This document shows positions 1-13,200 of a stretch of 64,000 nucleotides of DNA, piece by piece. This stretch comes from Cercozoa sp. M6MM. Taxonomy: Eukaryota > Protista > Endomyxa: Ascetosporea. The stretch lies in assembly GCA_040357565.1 (NCBI GenBank), contig JBDODJ010000014.1; one strand, written 5' to 3'. How positions within the stretch are numbered: the stretch's first letter is position 1; each line of letters opens with the position of its first letter. The notes under the pieces are model-generated. The model was not told where the DNA came from and searched no databases. It saw nothing but the letters and a program-made list of their open reading frames with translations. The translations under genes were made by a program, and so were the position numbers.

Positions 1-46
<46 letters not shown>
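1..46. repeat. (TG)n microsatellite, truncated by the window edge
   Basis: Perfect TG dinucleotide run. Confidence 0.95.
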
Positions 47-1230
47 CCATACTTTTAAAGCCCAAAACTGCTTGAACTCGTGGCGAGCAAAGCTGTAACC
101 CTTTTACGCAACACCTATTCCACAGGAGCAAAGTGTGTAGTAAACTAGTGAATTTACGACGTAGACGGCGTTGACCGTAATGACGATTGTGATGAAGAGT
201 AAGAAGATGAAGGCGATGTTGAAGGCGAGGTCTTCCCCGACAAGAATCGAGAAGTTAGTGTACTGAACAGCCACAAAATCCGAGTTGTTTTTTCAAGGGA
301 AAAGACGCAAAAGCCACCTCGAGAAAGGTGAGAACAGCGTATGACACGCTTTGGTTTGATTCCCACACGTCAAACTGTTTGCTTCTGGGTTCAGTAAAGC
401 ACAAACCTAAATTTACAGTATTAAACTTGAAAAATTCTATAGCTGTTGAAAATATAAGTTTACAGTGGAAAACTGAGTAGCTGACAACCGTCAACCAAAA
501 TGCCTGCTCCCCAAAGCTTGAGATACCACCCGTGAAGCAATATGAGGAGTTTGAATACCGACTATCACAAGGAATCTCGACGTAGTTGCTCCCTTCGCCA
601 TCACGAACAGCGTTCCTATAATCACCGTAAATCTGCTAAAAAAACGAAGGAGACTGGTAGAGTCAATTTAGCGTACCCAAGACGCCACGCCTCACAGCTT
701 GAAAGAACTCAACTACTTGCGTGCCGATATCTGCCTTTTCTTCTTCTTCAACTTGAAAGTCGTCAAAAGTTTGAACGCCGGCCTGGCTGAGAGCCGTCGT
801 CTTCGCTAAGTCGCTCGTCGGCACTGAACACAACATTCAAACGACTCCAAACTGATATGTCAGAACACCATGGCTTACTTGCAGGTTCTTGTGAGTTTGC
901 CTCAGCAGGCCTCAACCCTGTATCGGCACGAGCTTGACAGTCCAAATGCACTAAATGTGTGTTTTGCTCCCAAGTCAGACTTTCCAGAGGTTATCCCGTC
1001 CGCGCGAATGCATGAACTTTGACTTCAGATTCTGCTCGAGTAGTCTACTGTCTCCTTGTGAGCAAGAAAATTCGAGATGCCTTCGCCATTCTGCCAGTTT
1101 GTCAGTTTTGGATTCATTCAGTTGCTGTTCTTGTGTCAATTTAAACTTCTCGGCAAATCTCTTTGATTTCTTCGAGTTCGAACTTCGGCCGGTCTGGAAC
1201 TGAAAACATAAGCTGATAGACATCAGTCAT
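47..1230 (-). CDS. Probable multi-exon hypothetical gene (Ser/Lys-rich), likely running off the left edge
   Basis: Minus-strand open segments (FQTGRSSNSKKSKRFAEKFKL...; GKTSPSTSPSSSYSSSQSS) bounded by plausible AG/GT sites. No family recognised. Confidence 0.35.
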
Positions 1231-1449
1231 CTTCTTGGGGGGGACAGAGGTTCAGGCTTTTGCGTGATAGATGACTGTTAACTCGTGTCCGTACACACGA
1301 CACAGAGCGCGATCGGAGCCAAAAGAAGTGCGCTGAAATGTACCGTACTGTACCCACCGTAGGCAGGCGAGGCAGTAAGGTAGGCTGACTCGACTGCCTG
1401 AATTTGAATAAACGAAAGGCGAGGCGGACGGAAACGAAACGGTAGTGCG

Positions 1450-4400
1450 CTAGCTAGTTGATGTCGCGATCGACCGACCGGGCACGGCAGCAGCGTCGCG
1501 ATCGAACTGCTCCGTGAAGCCGAGGCTCGGCGTGCGACGCAAATGTCCTCGCGGAGAGAGCGCTTGTTGTTGCTGTTGCAATTGTTGTTGCTGCTGCAGT
1601 TGCCGCTCCATGCGCGCCGTGGCGATGTTGTGGATATAGTTCTTGAACTTGGTCCGCGCGGACCGCGGTGCCTCCTGCAGCTGACGGCGCAACTCGGCGC
1701 ATGCGTCGGCTTCGGTTCGCCGCATCATCATGGCCTGGCGACACAGGAGGTGGTAAAGGGAGGCAGTGGTACGGGGTGAGGTACCTCCTCCAGATGGTCG
1801 GTGATCTGCCGTCGACTCTGCTTGTCGAACAGCGGTCCCAGCAGCAATGCCGCCGCGTCGATGATCACCTGCGCCTGTCGTCGCAGCAGTCGGAACGCGT
1901 GCTCGCACAGCGTCACGAACAGATGCCACTGCGCGAGGGGGTAGTAAAAGGTCACGGAGGAGGGGGGTTTGAACTACCTTCTCGCCCATAGCTTCGTACA
2001 GCTTGGGTGTGATGGCGAAACGCGCCGTATCGAATGCACTGATGAGGGTACAAGGGATAGGGGTAAAGGAAGAGAGGGAGGGTCAAAAACGTACACGCCG
2101 TGCCCGAGAATGTAGCCGAAGTCGATATGAAACAATGTGCCGTCACTGTCAACACAGAAACACATCCTAACCTCATACTCCCCCCTCCTGTGATACAAAA
2201 GCGCACGTGGAAACGAGAATGTTGTCGGCATGCCGATCACGAATGCCGAGTGTGAAAGCTGCTCCAAAGAGTGGGTTAAAGACAGGGAAGTAGGGGGAGG
2301 GGGCATAAACTCACTGGCCACAAATGAGCCGGCGGCCGACGTGATAAGTCGGTAGCAGGCGTCCTTGCCGCCGTCGCTCCTGCCCTCCACCGACTCGCGC
2401 AGAAACGCAAAGTCGCACTCATTCAGCGACCTGCTGTTCGGCACGAACTGCACCGGGAGGGGGAGGGGTAAACCATGGGTAAAGAGAGGAGTTGGGTGAG
2501 GTAAGGGGTGCGGGGGGGGGAGCGTAAAACCTCGACAAAACCGGCGTCCTTGCCGACACTGAGCGCGTCGTAGGCCAAGGCTTCGACCGGGTAGCCGCCG
2601 CTGCGCAGTTTGCCGTGCCGCCACACGCGATTCATCAGTCGGAACAGCGTCAAACAGGCCACGTCTTGCCGCAGATCATCGCCCGTCTTAAAGATCACGC
2701 GACTCAGCTTGCTCACCGTCGAGCTCACTGCCTGAATCAACGTCGGACTCACTGTCTGGCACGTGTCTCTATCAATCTCAGTCTCAGTGTTGCCACCGTT
2801 CGACTCTACTGTCAATGCACGCGCTGCGCGACGACTCTGCTCGCGCACGTGTCGTTGCTGCTCGCGCTTCACCTGTTGGGGTAAAGAAGTAGGGGTAAGG
2901 GCAGGGGTATGGGTAAGAGCAAGGGGTATGGAAAGAGCAGGGGGGGGGTGTAACCAGCTCAGCCGACGGTGACGTGCGGAACTGCGTCTGCAGCAGCAGC
3001 GGCCGCGCGTTCGACACGAACACCTTGGCCACCGTCAGCGCACTCACCGGCGGAAACCCGCACATGAACGGGTGCTGCGGGAGAGAGGTAAAGGGTAGGG
3101 AGTGGGGGTGGGGTAAAGTCTACATAGACAACGAGTGGCCGCGGCAAGACAAGATCCGAGCCCTCCTGCAGGTGGGTAACGGTAGAGGGGTAAGGGTAGA
3201 GGGTAAGGGGCAAGGGGGCAAGGGGGCAAGGGGTAAGGGGGTAAGGGGTAAGAGTAAAGGGGTAAGAACGCACGGAGGTAGGGAGTAAGGTGGTAAGAGG
3301 TAGGGGATACCTGCAGCGAACTCAATGACAGCGACAGAAACACGTCCTCGGCGTCGACGCCGGACACGTGTCCGGACGCCTCGGACAGAACAGCCTCGTG
3401 CTGTAGCCACCCTGATGTGCGCAGCAGCTGCATCGCCTGCGCCACATCTGGCGACGCACGTGCTCTCTGTATGTGTGCGCGTGTGTGAGGAGCAAGGTTT
3501 AGGGGTCAATGGGGCGGCGCCCCCCCGGGTAAACCTCAGCAACGGCAGAAACGAGCGACTGCGTCAGTTGCGGCGCACTCTGTCCGCGCGGACACACCGT
3601 ACAAACAAACAACTTTGACCATGGGTTTGACTACCTTCACAAAAGCGTCCAGCACGAGTCCCACGATCGGCATGTCACGCACCTGCCCGGGCAAAGGGGG
3701 TCAAAAGGGTAAAAGGGCTAGGAGAAAGGGGTAGAAGTAACGGGATAAGGGGGAGGTAAAGGAGGGACTACCAGAGCCATCTCCGAGGCCTCTCGAACAA
3801 GCTGTACGAAGCGTTCGTCGTGTGCCTATTGAACAGCGGCCCATTTGTACAATTTTGGTCCATTTTCTCGTTGATTATGGGAGCGTGATTGTTGTGCATT
3901 GGTACAGAGGCCACGACGCAGAAGCAGTCGCTCAGGAACTCCGGTATCTCAATCTGTTCTTCCATGCCCTACCAAAACGGGGGTAAGGGGTTCAGGGGGT
4001 ACAGGGGATACAGGGGGGTAAAGGGGATACAGGGGGGTAAAGGGGATACAGGGGGTTAAGGGATACGGGGAGGTAAAGGGGTAGGAAAACACACCTGCCC
4101 GCCGAACACGACGCGATCGTCGAAGCACCGCCATCGACAGTCCTGCAGCGGGAGGTGTCAGGGGGGAGAGGGGGTGAAAGGGGTCTTAAACCGTGCAGAC
4201 AGAGACTTCCGTCGTTCGCGTCGAAGCCAGCAGCGTCGTCGCCTTTTCTTCGTCGCCGTCGGGCTGCAGAAATCGACGCGGCAACGGTCGCTGCGACGGC
4301 ACTCGACCACAGCCTGCGTCCATTTGTACAACCCACTTGGTCTATTTTGACTGCGTCACACAGTGACAAGAACAACGTAGGAAGATGCTTACAGTCGTTG

Positions 4401-5420
4401 CAGTACTGCTCGGCACATATCACGCAGTCTGCACAATCAACACAACGAAAAATTTTGTAAAAGCAAAGCAAAAAACACAAACACAAAAAAGGACAACAGA
4501 AAAAGCAAAGCGTGAGTGTTAACAGCATTAAAAACCGCAAGCTGGCTCTCTAGAAGCTTGAACAGAGCAAAGCAAGCAAAGCAAAACTCCGCAGAGGCTG
4601 ATAAAAACACAAGCAAACAAAGCGAAAAAAGAAAGCAAAGGTACGTTTGCTGGCGCTCTTGTCGCAAATGAGACAGCGATTCGTCGTGTTGCTGAAACTA
4701 TCTGAAGAAAACCTCTCGACTCGTGCTGTTGTTTCGTCGTCGGTGCTTTCGTTGCTTTCATCGGTGCTTTCGAAGTCGCTTGCTCCTTCTTTCGCTTCAG
4801 TGCTTCTGAAACACGCAATTTCGACTCAACTCGACTTCAATAAAAGAACAGAGCGTACAGTTGCGGGGGCAGCACGAGGATTCGCGCGCCTTTCTCGACC
4901 ACTCGCAACCGCGGCCAGAACTCTACAGAGCAAATTCATTCGCCAACTGAAGCAAACAAAACGAAGAGAGAGAAGCAGAAACGAAAAGAAACCGTGAGGA
5001 AAGTCATCGCGCATCAACTCGGCGTACTCATTTCGGCAGCCGAGACACACTCGCGTGGGACCTCGTTTGAACTTGCGCTTGAAGCGTTTCGGCAGCTCGT
5101 ACTTTCGTGTGCACAGCGAGCAATACACATGTCCACACAGACGACAGTTGTGCGCCTGAAGTCAAACAATGCGTTCCAAACACTCTCAGAATACAAGAGA
5201 GGAGAGTGAGGAGACACACCTTGGCACGCTTTAATTCGGAGTGGCAGTGCTCGCACGACGTTGCTTGCTCCCTCGAGTCCCATTCTGACCAGACACAGTG
5301 TCCGCGCGGAGCAAAAGAAACAATTTGAAGGGAAATCAACAAATAGAACGCACTTGGCACGCGGAGCGTGTCGCAGCAGCCCGACAAGAGCATCACATCA
5401 CTCGGTCGCTTGCGTTGCAT
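1450..5420 (-). CDS. FYVE-domain phosphatidylinositol 3/4-kinase family protein (multi-exon)
   Basis: Spliced FYVE (PKWDSREQATSCEHC..AHNCRLCGHVYCSLC..TRVCLGC), a second Zn finger (CLICDK..HCVICAEQYCNDC), and kinase motifs IFKTGDDLRQD, GFVE, LGIRDRHADNIL, LFHIDFGYILG. Poly-Q C-terminus. Confidence 0.9.
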
Positions 5421-5890
5421 TGACCCAATAAATCAATACACGGTCCTAACACAGCGCAAGAGCGTGTGCACACGCTATAACGCCTGTCCTGCGCTCAACC
5501 GGCTGTTTATTGTCTGCTAAGCTGCGTTTCGTCTGCGTTTTTTGACAATGCGTCTGTCGGCTCTGGATGATCCGTACGCTTCAGTCTCGCAGTCCAGAGT
5601 CCAAGGTACTGATCGCATTTCGTTCACGGCCTGGTCAGTTGCCTCAATTGTGCCGAAATCCGGGTCACGCGGCGGGCTACGCACTGCGCCGGTTCAGTTG
5701 AAATCTAGTACGCGCAAATCTTGAATCTTAACTTCAGTAACTTTTCAAACGGACGAAAGACCGACGACGAAAACGGTGTCGACAAGAGACTCAAAACGAC
5801 GAATTTGGGATGGCGACTGCAAGTTTTGGGCTGTGAACAATCTGCGCCCCCACGCGCTGTGCTTTCTGTACATAGGTAAGGTAGAGATAA

Positions 5891-5957
5891 AGCATACATC
5901 GATTTACGTATATTGATGTATGTATGCTACATCGATACACGTAAATCGATGTATGCT
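5891..5957. other. Long intergenic inverted repeat / hairpin
   Basis: agcatacatcgatttacgt (5891-5909) is the exact reverse complement of 5939-5957. Pairing continues inward for ~10 more bp with one mismatch and one G-T pair, closing a 7-nt loop. Confidence 0.8.
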
Positions 5958-6149
5958 ATATAAACATAGAAACATGTAAACATAGAAACATATAAACATA
6001 CACACATATGTATACACTTGCTTATATGTATCTGTTTATATATGTGTGTGTGCTTATACAGATATATGTGTATTTATATATGTATCTGTTTATAACGTGT
6101 GTGTGCTTGTACAGATATCATACAAATATACATATAGACGGGAAAGCAC

Positions 6150-7856
6150 AGCGGTGGCGCAGATTGTTCACAGCCAAAACTCGCAGTCGCCATCCCGAAT
6201 AAAGGCGTCTTGAAGATTCTCGGCAAACGCATTTTCTCCGACGTCTTGTCAAGGCAGATCGGGAGGGAGACCGAATGAAATGTCTGCACAAAAAGGATAA
6301 TCCATCCAGATTTGAGTGAGTAAACACGGGTGCGAGCACACGAAGCACAGGAAATTTACCGTTCACAATACCATACTCGGAAAGGGGCGATGGAGCATCA
6401 AACGACGGAGTAAAACCACTTGACTACCGAAACGACAAACGATTCCCGTCAACTAAGGGCAGAGAGATTAAAAAAACCGCCTGTACCGTTAAACCGTCAA
6501 TTTTAAGTGAACTGCTTTGATTGAAAGCGTCTTGGACTGATCTTACAGTTTCTCCCTGAAAACTTACGAACAGAAGCCTGTTAAAAGGCAAAGTACGGGT
6601 CGTATCACGACTCAAACGAGTGCACGAAAACGAAGGGCTCTACCCCACAATGCAAAGGTGAGACACCAATCCATCAGGGAAATCACAGGAAGTACCAAAC
6701 TGAAGTCGTCAATGATTGTAGAATTCGACGGCGAGTTTTTTGATGAGGTACCGTTTGAATATTGAGTGCTCACAGAAGTCATCTGCTGCTTGTTCTCCCA
6801 AACAATCTGCAGGGCAGTCTGTATCAAGATAATCGACACAGAGAAACAGGACAGAACTTGATTTACAGATGACGTTGGAGACTGACGTTGACTCAGAATT
6901 AAAGTAGCAAGCTCATTTGGACTCAAACAATCCTAAGCATTCAGAACGTGCAGAATTCTTCATCTTTGGCGTGTTAACGACAATACAGCACAGATCCTTA
7001 CTTTTAATAATTCCTGCGTTGCATGTCGGAAGCGTTGAGCTTTGGCTGCTTCAACCCGCCCAAACTGATCGAAAGCACGAAAGGAAACAAGACAGAAGTA
7101 CACTCACAAATTGCGCGACATTCTCTTGGAGGTTCAGTGTCAAATACAGAAGAGCTCTAGTAAGTTATCATCACACCAGAGGAATCCATAAACAAAAATC
7201 AAAGCAATAAAAGAGCCAAAATATACCGCGTTGTTCGATGTGGATGCAAACAGAACTCCGCAAGACTCGGCAACTGCAAATAATTACATGTAAAATCAAC
7301 CCTAATTTTACTGCCCATCGATTCATTTGCAAAGGAAGCCGTTTGTGCTATCAACGCACCCAATAGCCACTGTTTCAAAACACAAAAAAACAGATTCAAA
7401 AGACATGAAACGATGAACTGAAGGAAGTGCACCTCATCACAGTCAGTATCCGTAGGTATAAAGTCTTGAATAGACTCGCCGCCACTTGGATTCGGCACTT
7501 GATCAATCTACCTCAGCGAGAAAGAGCAAGTGGACACCCCCAAAATACGATAAATCTGGAAAGTCTGAAACAAGTCAGTACCATACTCGTAGCTTGAATC
7601 AACGAAGAAACATCTGTCATGTTTGGCACACTCGGCACGTTTGACCGCGTCGCACCAGCAGACTGGAACAAAGCATGTCAAAGCCATAAAGCAGCAAAGA
7701 GTCAAAGTGAAAATACCAAATGAAAAGGCAGCAACGACTTGCCGCCATTGGAGTCTGGTGCCTGAATGAACAGTTCGACTCCTTCCGGCAGTGGTTTCCT
7801 CGGCTTAAAGTAAAACTTAATCTGGCTAGGCTTATCCTAAAGTAGAAAACAGAACA

Positions 7857-7916
<60 letters not shown>

Positions 7917-8991
7917 ACACACGCAAAGTACACATACACACACGCAAAGTACACATACATACACACACGCGCAAAGTACACACACACACATATACACACA
8001 CGCACAAGATGAAGCAAAAGATAGCAAGCGCACTTTGTGCAAAGCCAGTGCCTCGCCGAATTCACTTTGAATGTGTGTGTGTTCGCACTTGTCCTTGCTT
8101 TTCCACTTATCTTTGTTCTTGCTATTGTCCATGTCCTTGCTATTGTCCATGTCCTTGTTATTGTCTATGTGCTTGCTATTGTCCATGTCCTTGTTGTTAT
8201 CATTGTTCTTGCTGTCATAATTATTGCCAGCAAATGTCTGTGTGCTAACAAGACAGTCACCGAGAGCACTCGGCAGACCGAGACGCGCACTTTCCTCCTC
8301 AAGCAGCTCCACTGGGAACGAGCGCGTCGACTCGGAGAACATCACTCTGCGGCCGTGCTTGCGCCGCTTGCGAAAGATACGCTCCTCATCCGTCTCAGAG
8401 CGCTTCGAGTTGCCACTCACACTGCGCCGGAAGTCCTGCGAACAGGAACACCAGATCTCAACACAAACGAAAAATGAAACACAACAGAACGTTAGGGTAC
8501 CTTGCCTCCGCAGGTTGTAAACAGGTACACGAGTGGGATGCGCACTGACTTTCCACAGAACTTGACGACAACTGCAGTTTGCATCAACTGAGCAAGCGTC
8601 CTCTCTTCGCGCGCGTCGGTCGCGCACTCGAACGACGGACGAAACGAGGCGTGGAACTTGCCGCCTTGGAAGCACAAAGACGCCGTATACCAGGTGCCGC
8701 TTTCGACGCTCAAGACGACACCTTGAAACAGGCGACTAGACCTGACAATTTTGTCCCATCGCTCGGACATGTTCGGGTGCGTTCTACAACAAAGAAACTC
8801 AAGAACTGATCAAGTTGGAAAAAACGAGCGCACCCAGTGCCATCCCACCGAATGTACTTTTCCCGCGGACTCAGTTGGTCACTCTCCTCTTCTTCCTCCT
8901 CGCTAGCTCGGTTTTTCACCTTCTTCTTTGGAGGGCCATCGCCTCCTTGAGGCGCGGGCGGCCGCTGGCGGGTGCCCAACACCTGCTTCAT
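6150..8991 (-). CDS. Hypothetical multi-exon protein, probably nuclear; 3' end uncertain
   Basis: ATG at 8991 (MKQVLG..PPKKKVK, an NLS-like motif). Exons join in frame through GT-AG introns (..SPREK|THPNMSERW..; ..ALHK|DKPSQIKFYF..; ..ELLK|DCLSPNEL..). No family recognised. Confidence 0.55.
7858..8002. repeat. (CA)n-rich intronic microsatellite
   Basis: CA runs interspersed with cgcaaagta units. Confidence 0.9.
8115..8215 (-). repeat. 18-nt coding tandem repeat (KDMDNS-like)
   Basis: ttgctattgtccatgtcc unit repeated imperfectly, encoding NKDMDNSKHIDNNKDMDNSKDMDNSK. Confidence 0.8.
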
Positions 8992-9223
8992 CGTTTTTTA
9001 TTTTCTCACTTCAGCAAATGCTATACAGCTGATGCTGTAAGCGCTATACAAACTTGCTCAGCCGTTGAAGGGTACTTTTCTCGCGGTTGTGAGGTCGCCA
9101 ACCGGCGTCAGAACCGTCGGATCTAGCCGCACCCTTAAATACTATTTGACAGTGCGAGGATGTTCCCTTCGAGTTTAGAGAAGCTGTTCTTTCGATCGTA
9201 CAGCACATTACACTACAGAACCT

Positions 9224-9871
9224 ATGCCTGTGGTGAAGTTAGTGCTGCCCAGTGGCGAAATCCGACGGGTTCCACTCGGTAAACATGTGCGAGATAATCC
9301 GTATTTTCCCGATCGTGCTTTCCTGAAAAGTCGAAGAGAGCGAAGGCGCCGGCGATGTTCGTATGGACAAGTTGAGACAGGAAGGTGACCAAAATTCGCT
9401 GTGTTACTTTCCAGAAACTGTGTGCTGATTGATGTTGGCTTTGTGAAAACTCAGTTGAGTTGATCGTGGGCAGCGCATCCTACAAGCTCGAGTACACCGA
9501 TGATGAAAACGACGTGGTCACGCTCGGTTCTGCGCCAGGCGATCTGAACGATGCCCTTGCTGTGTACAGGACTCTTTTTCTCTGTAATCTCGCCTTAGTG
9601 TAGCTGTGTACCTACTGCACCGACTGACCGTAGGGCCGCGTCGACAGAACGGGTGCTGCGACTCACTGTCGTGGTGAGTGCCTCGGCGCCTCCTGTGCCT
9701 CCAGTGCTCCCGGAGCCTCCTGTGCCTGCTGCACTTGGCCAGGACAGTGCCAACAACAACGCTCGGGCCGATAACGGCGTGGCCGTCTTTGGCTGGCCCG
9801 TCACTCGTACCGTTCCAGCAGGACCTGGTGCAGCACAGCAGCCGAGCGTGCGAAAGGTCAAGAAAAAGTAA
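9224..9871 (+). CDS. Small PB1-domain protein
   Basis: MPVVKLVLPSGEIRRVPL (basic K...RR) plus YKLEYTDDENDVVTL (acidic OPCA motif), followed by a Pro-rich tail. Confidence 0.7.
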
Positions 9872-10269
9872 CGTACGTGCAGGCGCCCGGCCGAGCGAAG
9901 GTCGATGAGGATGTGACGTCAGTTAACACCAGGTGATGATAGGTAAATTACATGCATATGCTCGATTCGATGTTTAGTTCGAATTTACAGGCAGTAGCTA
10001 TACGTATACCGTCCCACTTAGATACTGTAGTACGCGACGTACGAGCACCATTGCCGGGTACAGAGGGGGTAAAGACAAGGCCTACCGGGAAGTATGCCAG
10101 TGCATATACCTACAACCCAGATGTATATGAATGTAAAAATCTGTATACAGTATCTATATATGTGTACAATTATATGTACATATATAATATATCGTATATA
10201 TATGTGCGGTGCGTATGTAATCTAGACTCAACTCTTGTGTTGAAATAGACTGAACTAACTAACTAACAA

Positions 10270-13200
10270 CTACTTGGCCTGCATCCAGTTGTCGACGATT
10301 TCTAGATCGACCGGCAGTTGCACCTTGAACGGCCTTCCGTACGGCAGCAAGGACTTGTCCACTGCGTGGTTGACACAGTACAACCGTGGCACAATCAGCA
10401 CAGCATACAACGCATGCAAGCAGAATGCGGCGGGTGTACCAGGATGCTCCATGCACTCGCGGACAATCTCAGCAGCCTCCTACTCATTCGTGCATGAGAC
10501 AGCAAGCACACAGAAGTCAAGGGAGAGAGAGACGCACCTCGGCAGTTTCCCCGGGACCCTCACAGATAATCTCGTCGTGCACCTGCAAGAGCTGCCGCCA
10601 GCCAAGCTCGCGGAAGCGCTTGTGCCACTGCAGGCGGACCTGCATGCACGCACACATGCACATTTACATGGTAAACTAAAAGGTACGTGCTGTATGTGGT
10701 ATACCATCGCACATGTGACGATATCAGCGGCACCGCCTTGCACCGGCGCATTGATTGCCATTCTCTGTTTGATAGACACAGGTAGCCGTGTATTTGTGTA
10801 ACGAAAAAAGGCACGTACCATCGCACTCGAGTAGAAGCGCGGAGACGGACGACCTTCGCTCATGAGCATCGGCAACTCGCGTGTCCTAAAACATAAGGTA
10901 TGCGTGTATGCGTAATGTGTCAGGCTTCAATCAACGCAAAGGCACCTTCCCAGCAAGGTGCGCACATAGTGCAGCATCCTTGCATTCGCTCGCTGACGGT
11001 CTTGCCAGATTTTCACCTACAGTGAGCACAAGACACTCCTTCCTAAATGTGCAGAGTGACAATGTGTTGTACCTCACGTCGCTCGCTGTACCAACTGTCG
11101 AGTGTTTTCTTGGCTGCCTGAAGAATCACCAAGAGAAAGTAAGGAAGAAACGAATGGTAGACTGAAAAGCACGCACCTTGAGTGTAGTGCCAAAGTCCTT
11201 CATGAAACCGTGCGCAGTTTTGCCTGTGGTTCACCCATGTAAAACACAGTAATCGAACTAGTTGATTTTGCACCATAAGCAGCTGAGAAATTGACGATTT
11301 TCGCTCGTTTTCGCTCCTCCTTATATTTGTCCTGTCACGAACCAGAATGACCACTCTAAACAGCAGCCAGTGAGAGTATCTACCTTGACCAACGGAACAT
11401 CTGGTTTTGTCTCATCTGGCCTGCAGTCAAAGAAAGCATAACAACGCACAAAGACATTAACCAAAAAAGGGGATGCAATACTCAATGAGAAGCTCGCCGC
11501 GGGCAACCTCTTGCTTCATTTCTTCCGACATCGTCACAGCCGTCCGTGAGTGGAAATCGCCACCGATCTGTATGCCACAAACCATTTACGTTGTGTGAAA
11601 AAGGTGATCCGCCAGCTACCTCGAAAGCATCAAGCATCGTCTTGCAACTCGCCATTTCAGCGAGAATTCGCAACTCCAGCTGTCCGTAATCGGCGACGAT
11701 CAAGCGAGTGCCTGGCAAGGCTTCGTAGATCTATAAAAATAGAAATTTAATTTAAAGAAATAATCATACCAAACGAACAAGACTCGATTAAGCACAAAAC
11801 ATATCTCAACTCAAACAGGGGGAACCTCAGAAAGTAAAAGTGTCACCTCACGAACACTCAGCAGATCTGTGTCCATCGCAGGTTGATTCTGCATGTTTGG
11901 CGTCGATGACGACAGGCTGAGCATCACACAGGCGTTTGACCGAGAGAACTCCAAATTAAAGCTGAATCTACCGACCAGTCTCGGTGTGCAAGCCAAGACT
12001 CGAGTGCACACGGCCATCCGCGCGGATGTAGTCCAATGTCGGTTCAACGAATGTGCCGTGGATTTTTTGAAGCTGCATAAGAAAAAATACTCCCAGTAAA
12101 ACGATGCATGTCTCGATTGACTGACCTTGGCCATGCGCGCGATATCGCGCAGAATGCTTCTCATGACTTCGATCTGTTTCGTAATTTGCGTTGAAACAGA
12201 AATCAATGGAAGAAAAAAACAAAATTCACCTTTTCCTTAAAGCGAGGGGAGCCGCGATCTTCTTTGAGCGCAGCCTTCTCCAGCTCGCCCTCTTTCGCTG
12301 TGGAAGAGTAACAACCCACACAGAGGTAAATTAATTTAGTACCAAACTTGAGCAGAGTCGCTGTCGAGATAGACGGAATGCCGGTGGGTGTCAGTGTATC
12401 CGGCACAAGACCGAGTGCACCACGCAACTTGAATCTGGCGTGTTTTGAACACTAATCTGATCGGTAACTGGCAAGAAAGAAAGTACTTGACGGTATAGAA
12501 CTTGCGCGACTTGCCCAACTTCTGCTTCTCCTCCTCCGTTAGTTCCTTTAAAAAAGACATGACACACATACAAGTGAATAAACAAAATTATACCCGCTTG
12601 AACTCAAAGGCACGTGTGCACTCAGGCCACGGCTCAGCTTTAGGATTATCGGCCAAGTGTTTCTACCACACAACTCAAATTGAGAAAAAGCCTGATCGAT
12701 TAGTTCTCACGTACCTTGTACACCGGCTGACTCAGCAGGGTCTAAACAAACCAGAAGAGGTCAAAGTGTACAGAAGTCAAACAAAACACAGATGAGACCT
12801 CTCTTTGTTCCGAGTTTCGCGGAGCAAACAGTAGTTGTGCCATCTGCTTGGTCGAACCCGGGTTGAACACTTCGCCCGGGTCGATTGGTTCGCCGTCTGA
12901 GAGCGAAGTCAGAACATAGTGAACACACTGAGAAAGAAAGAAAGCAGTACTGAGGCCCAGGATCGGTTCATCGAACAAAATGTCCTTGTTTTGATATATT
13001 TGGTTTCGAATGCTCTTGAAAGCAGAAAAGACGAAATGAAGGTCAGCCAAGCAACCAATTTAGAACCAGTACAAATACCTGTGTGAGATGTTCCAACTCG
13101 ACGCGTGCGCGCTCGTGCTTCTGGCGCACTTTCTCTTCGTTCACTGGCATGCCGAACCTTTCCATCTGCAACCGCACGCCCCTTTCAGTCAATTACTACG

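Noticed and set aside
3185-4095. Interstitial telomeric repeats
   Set aside because: The unit is degenerate GGGGTAA/TAAGGG rather than TTAGGG or TTTAGGG, and it is confined to introns.
7220-7300. MPN/JAB-like 'ESCGVLF' motif
   Set aside because: That frame is incompatible with the downstream exon phases, which hit stops.
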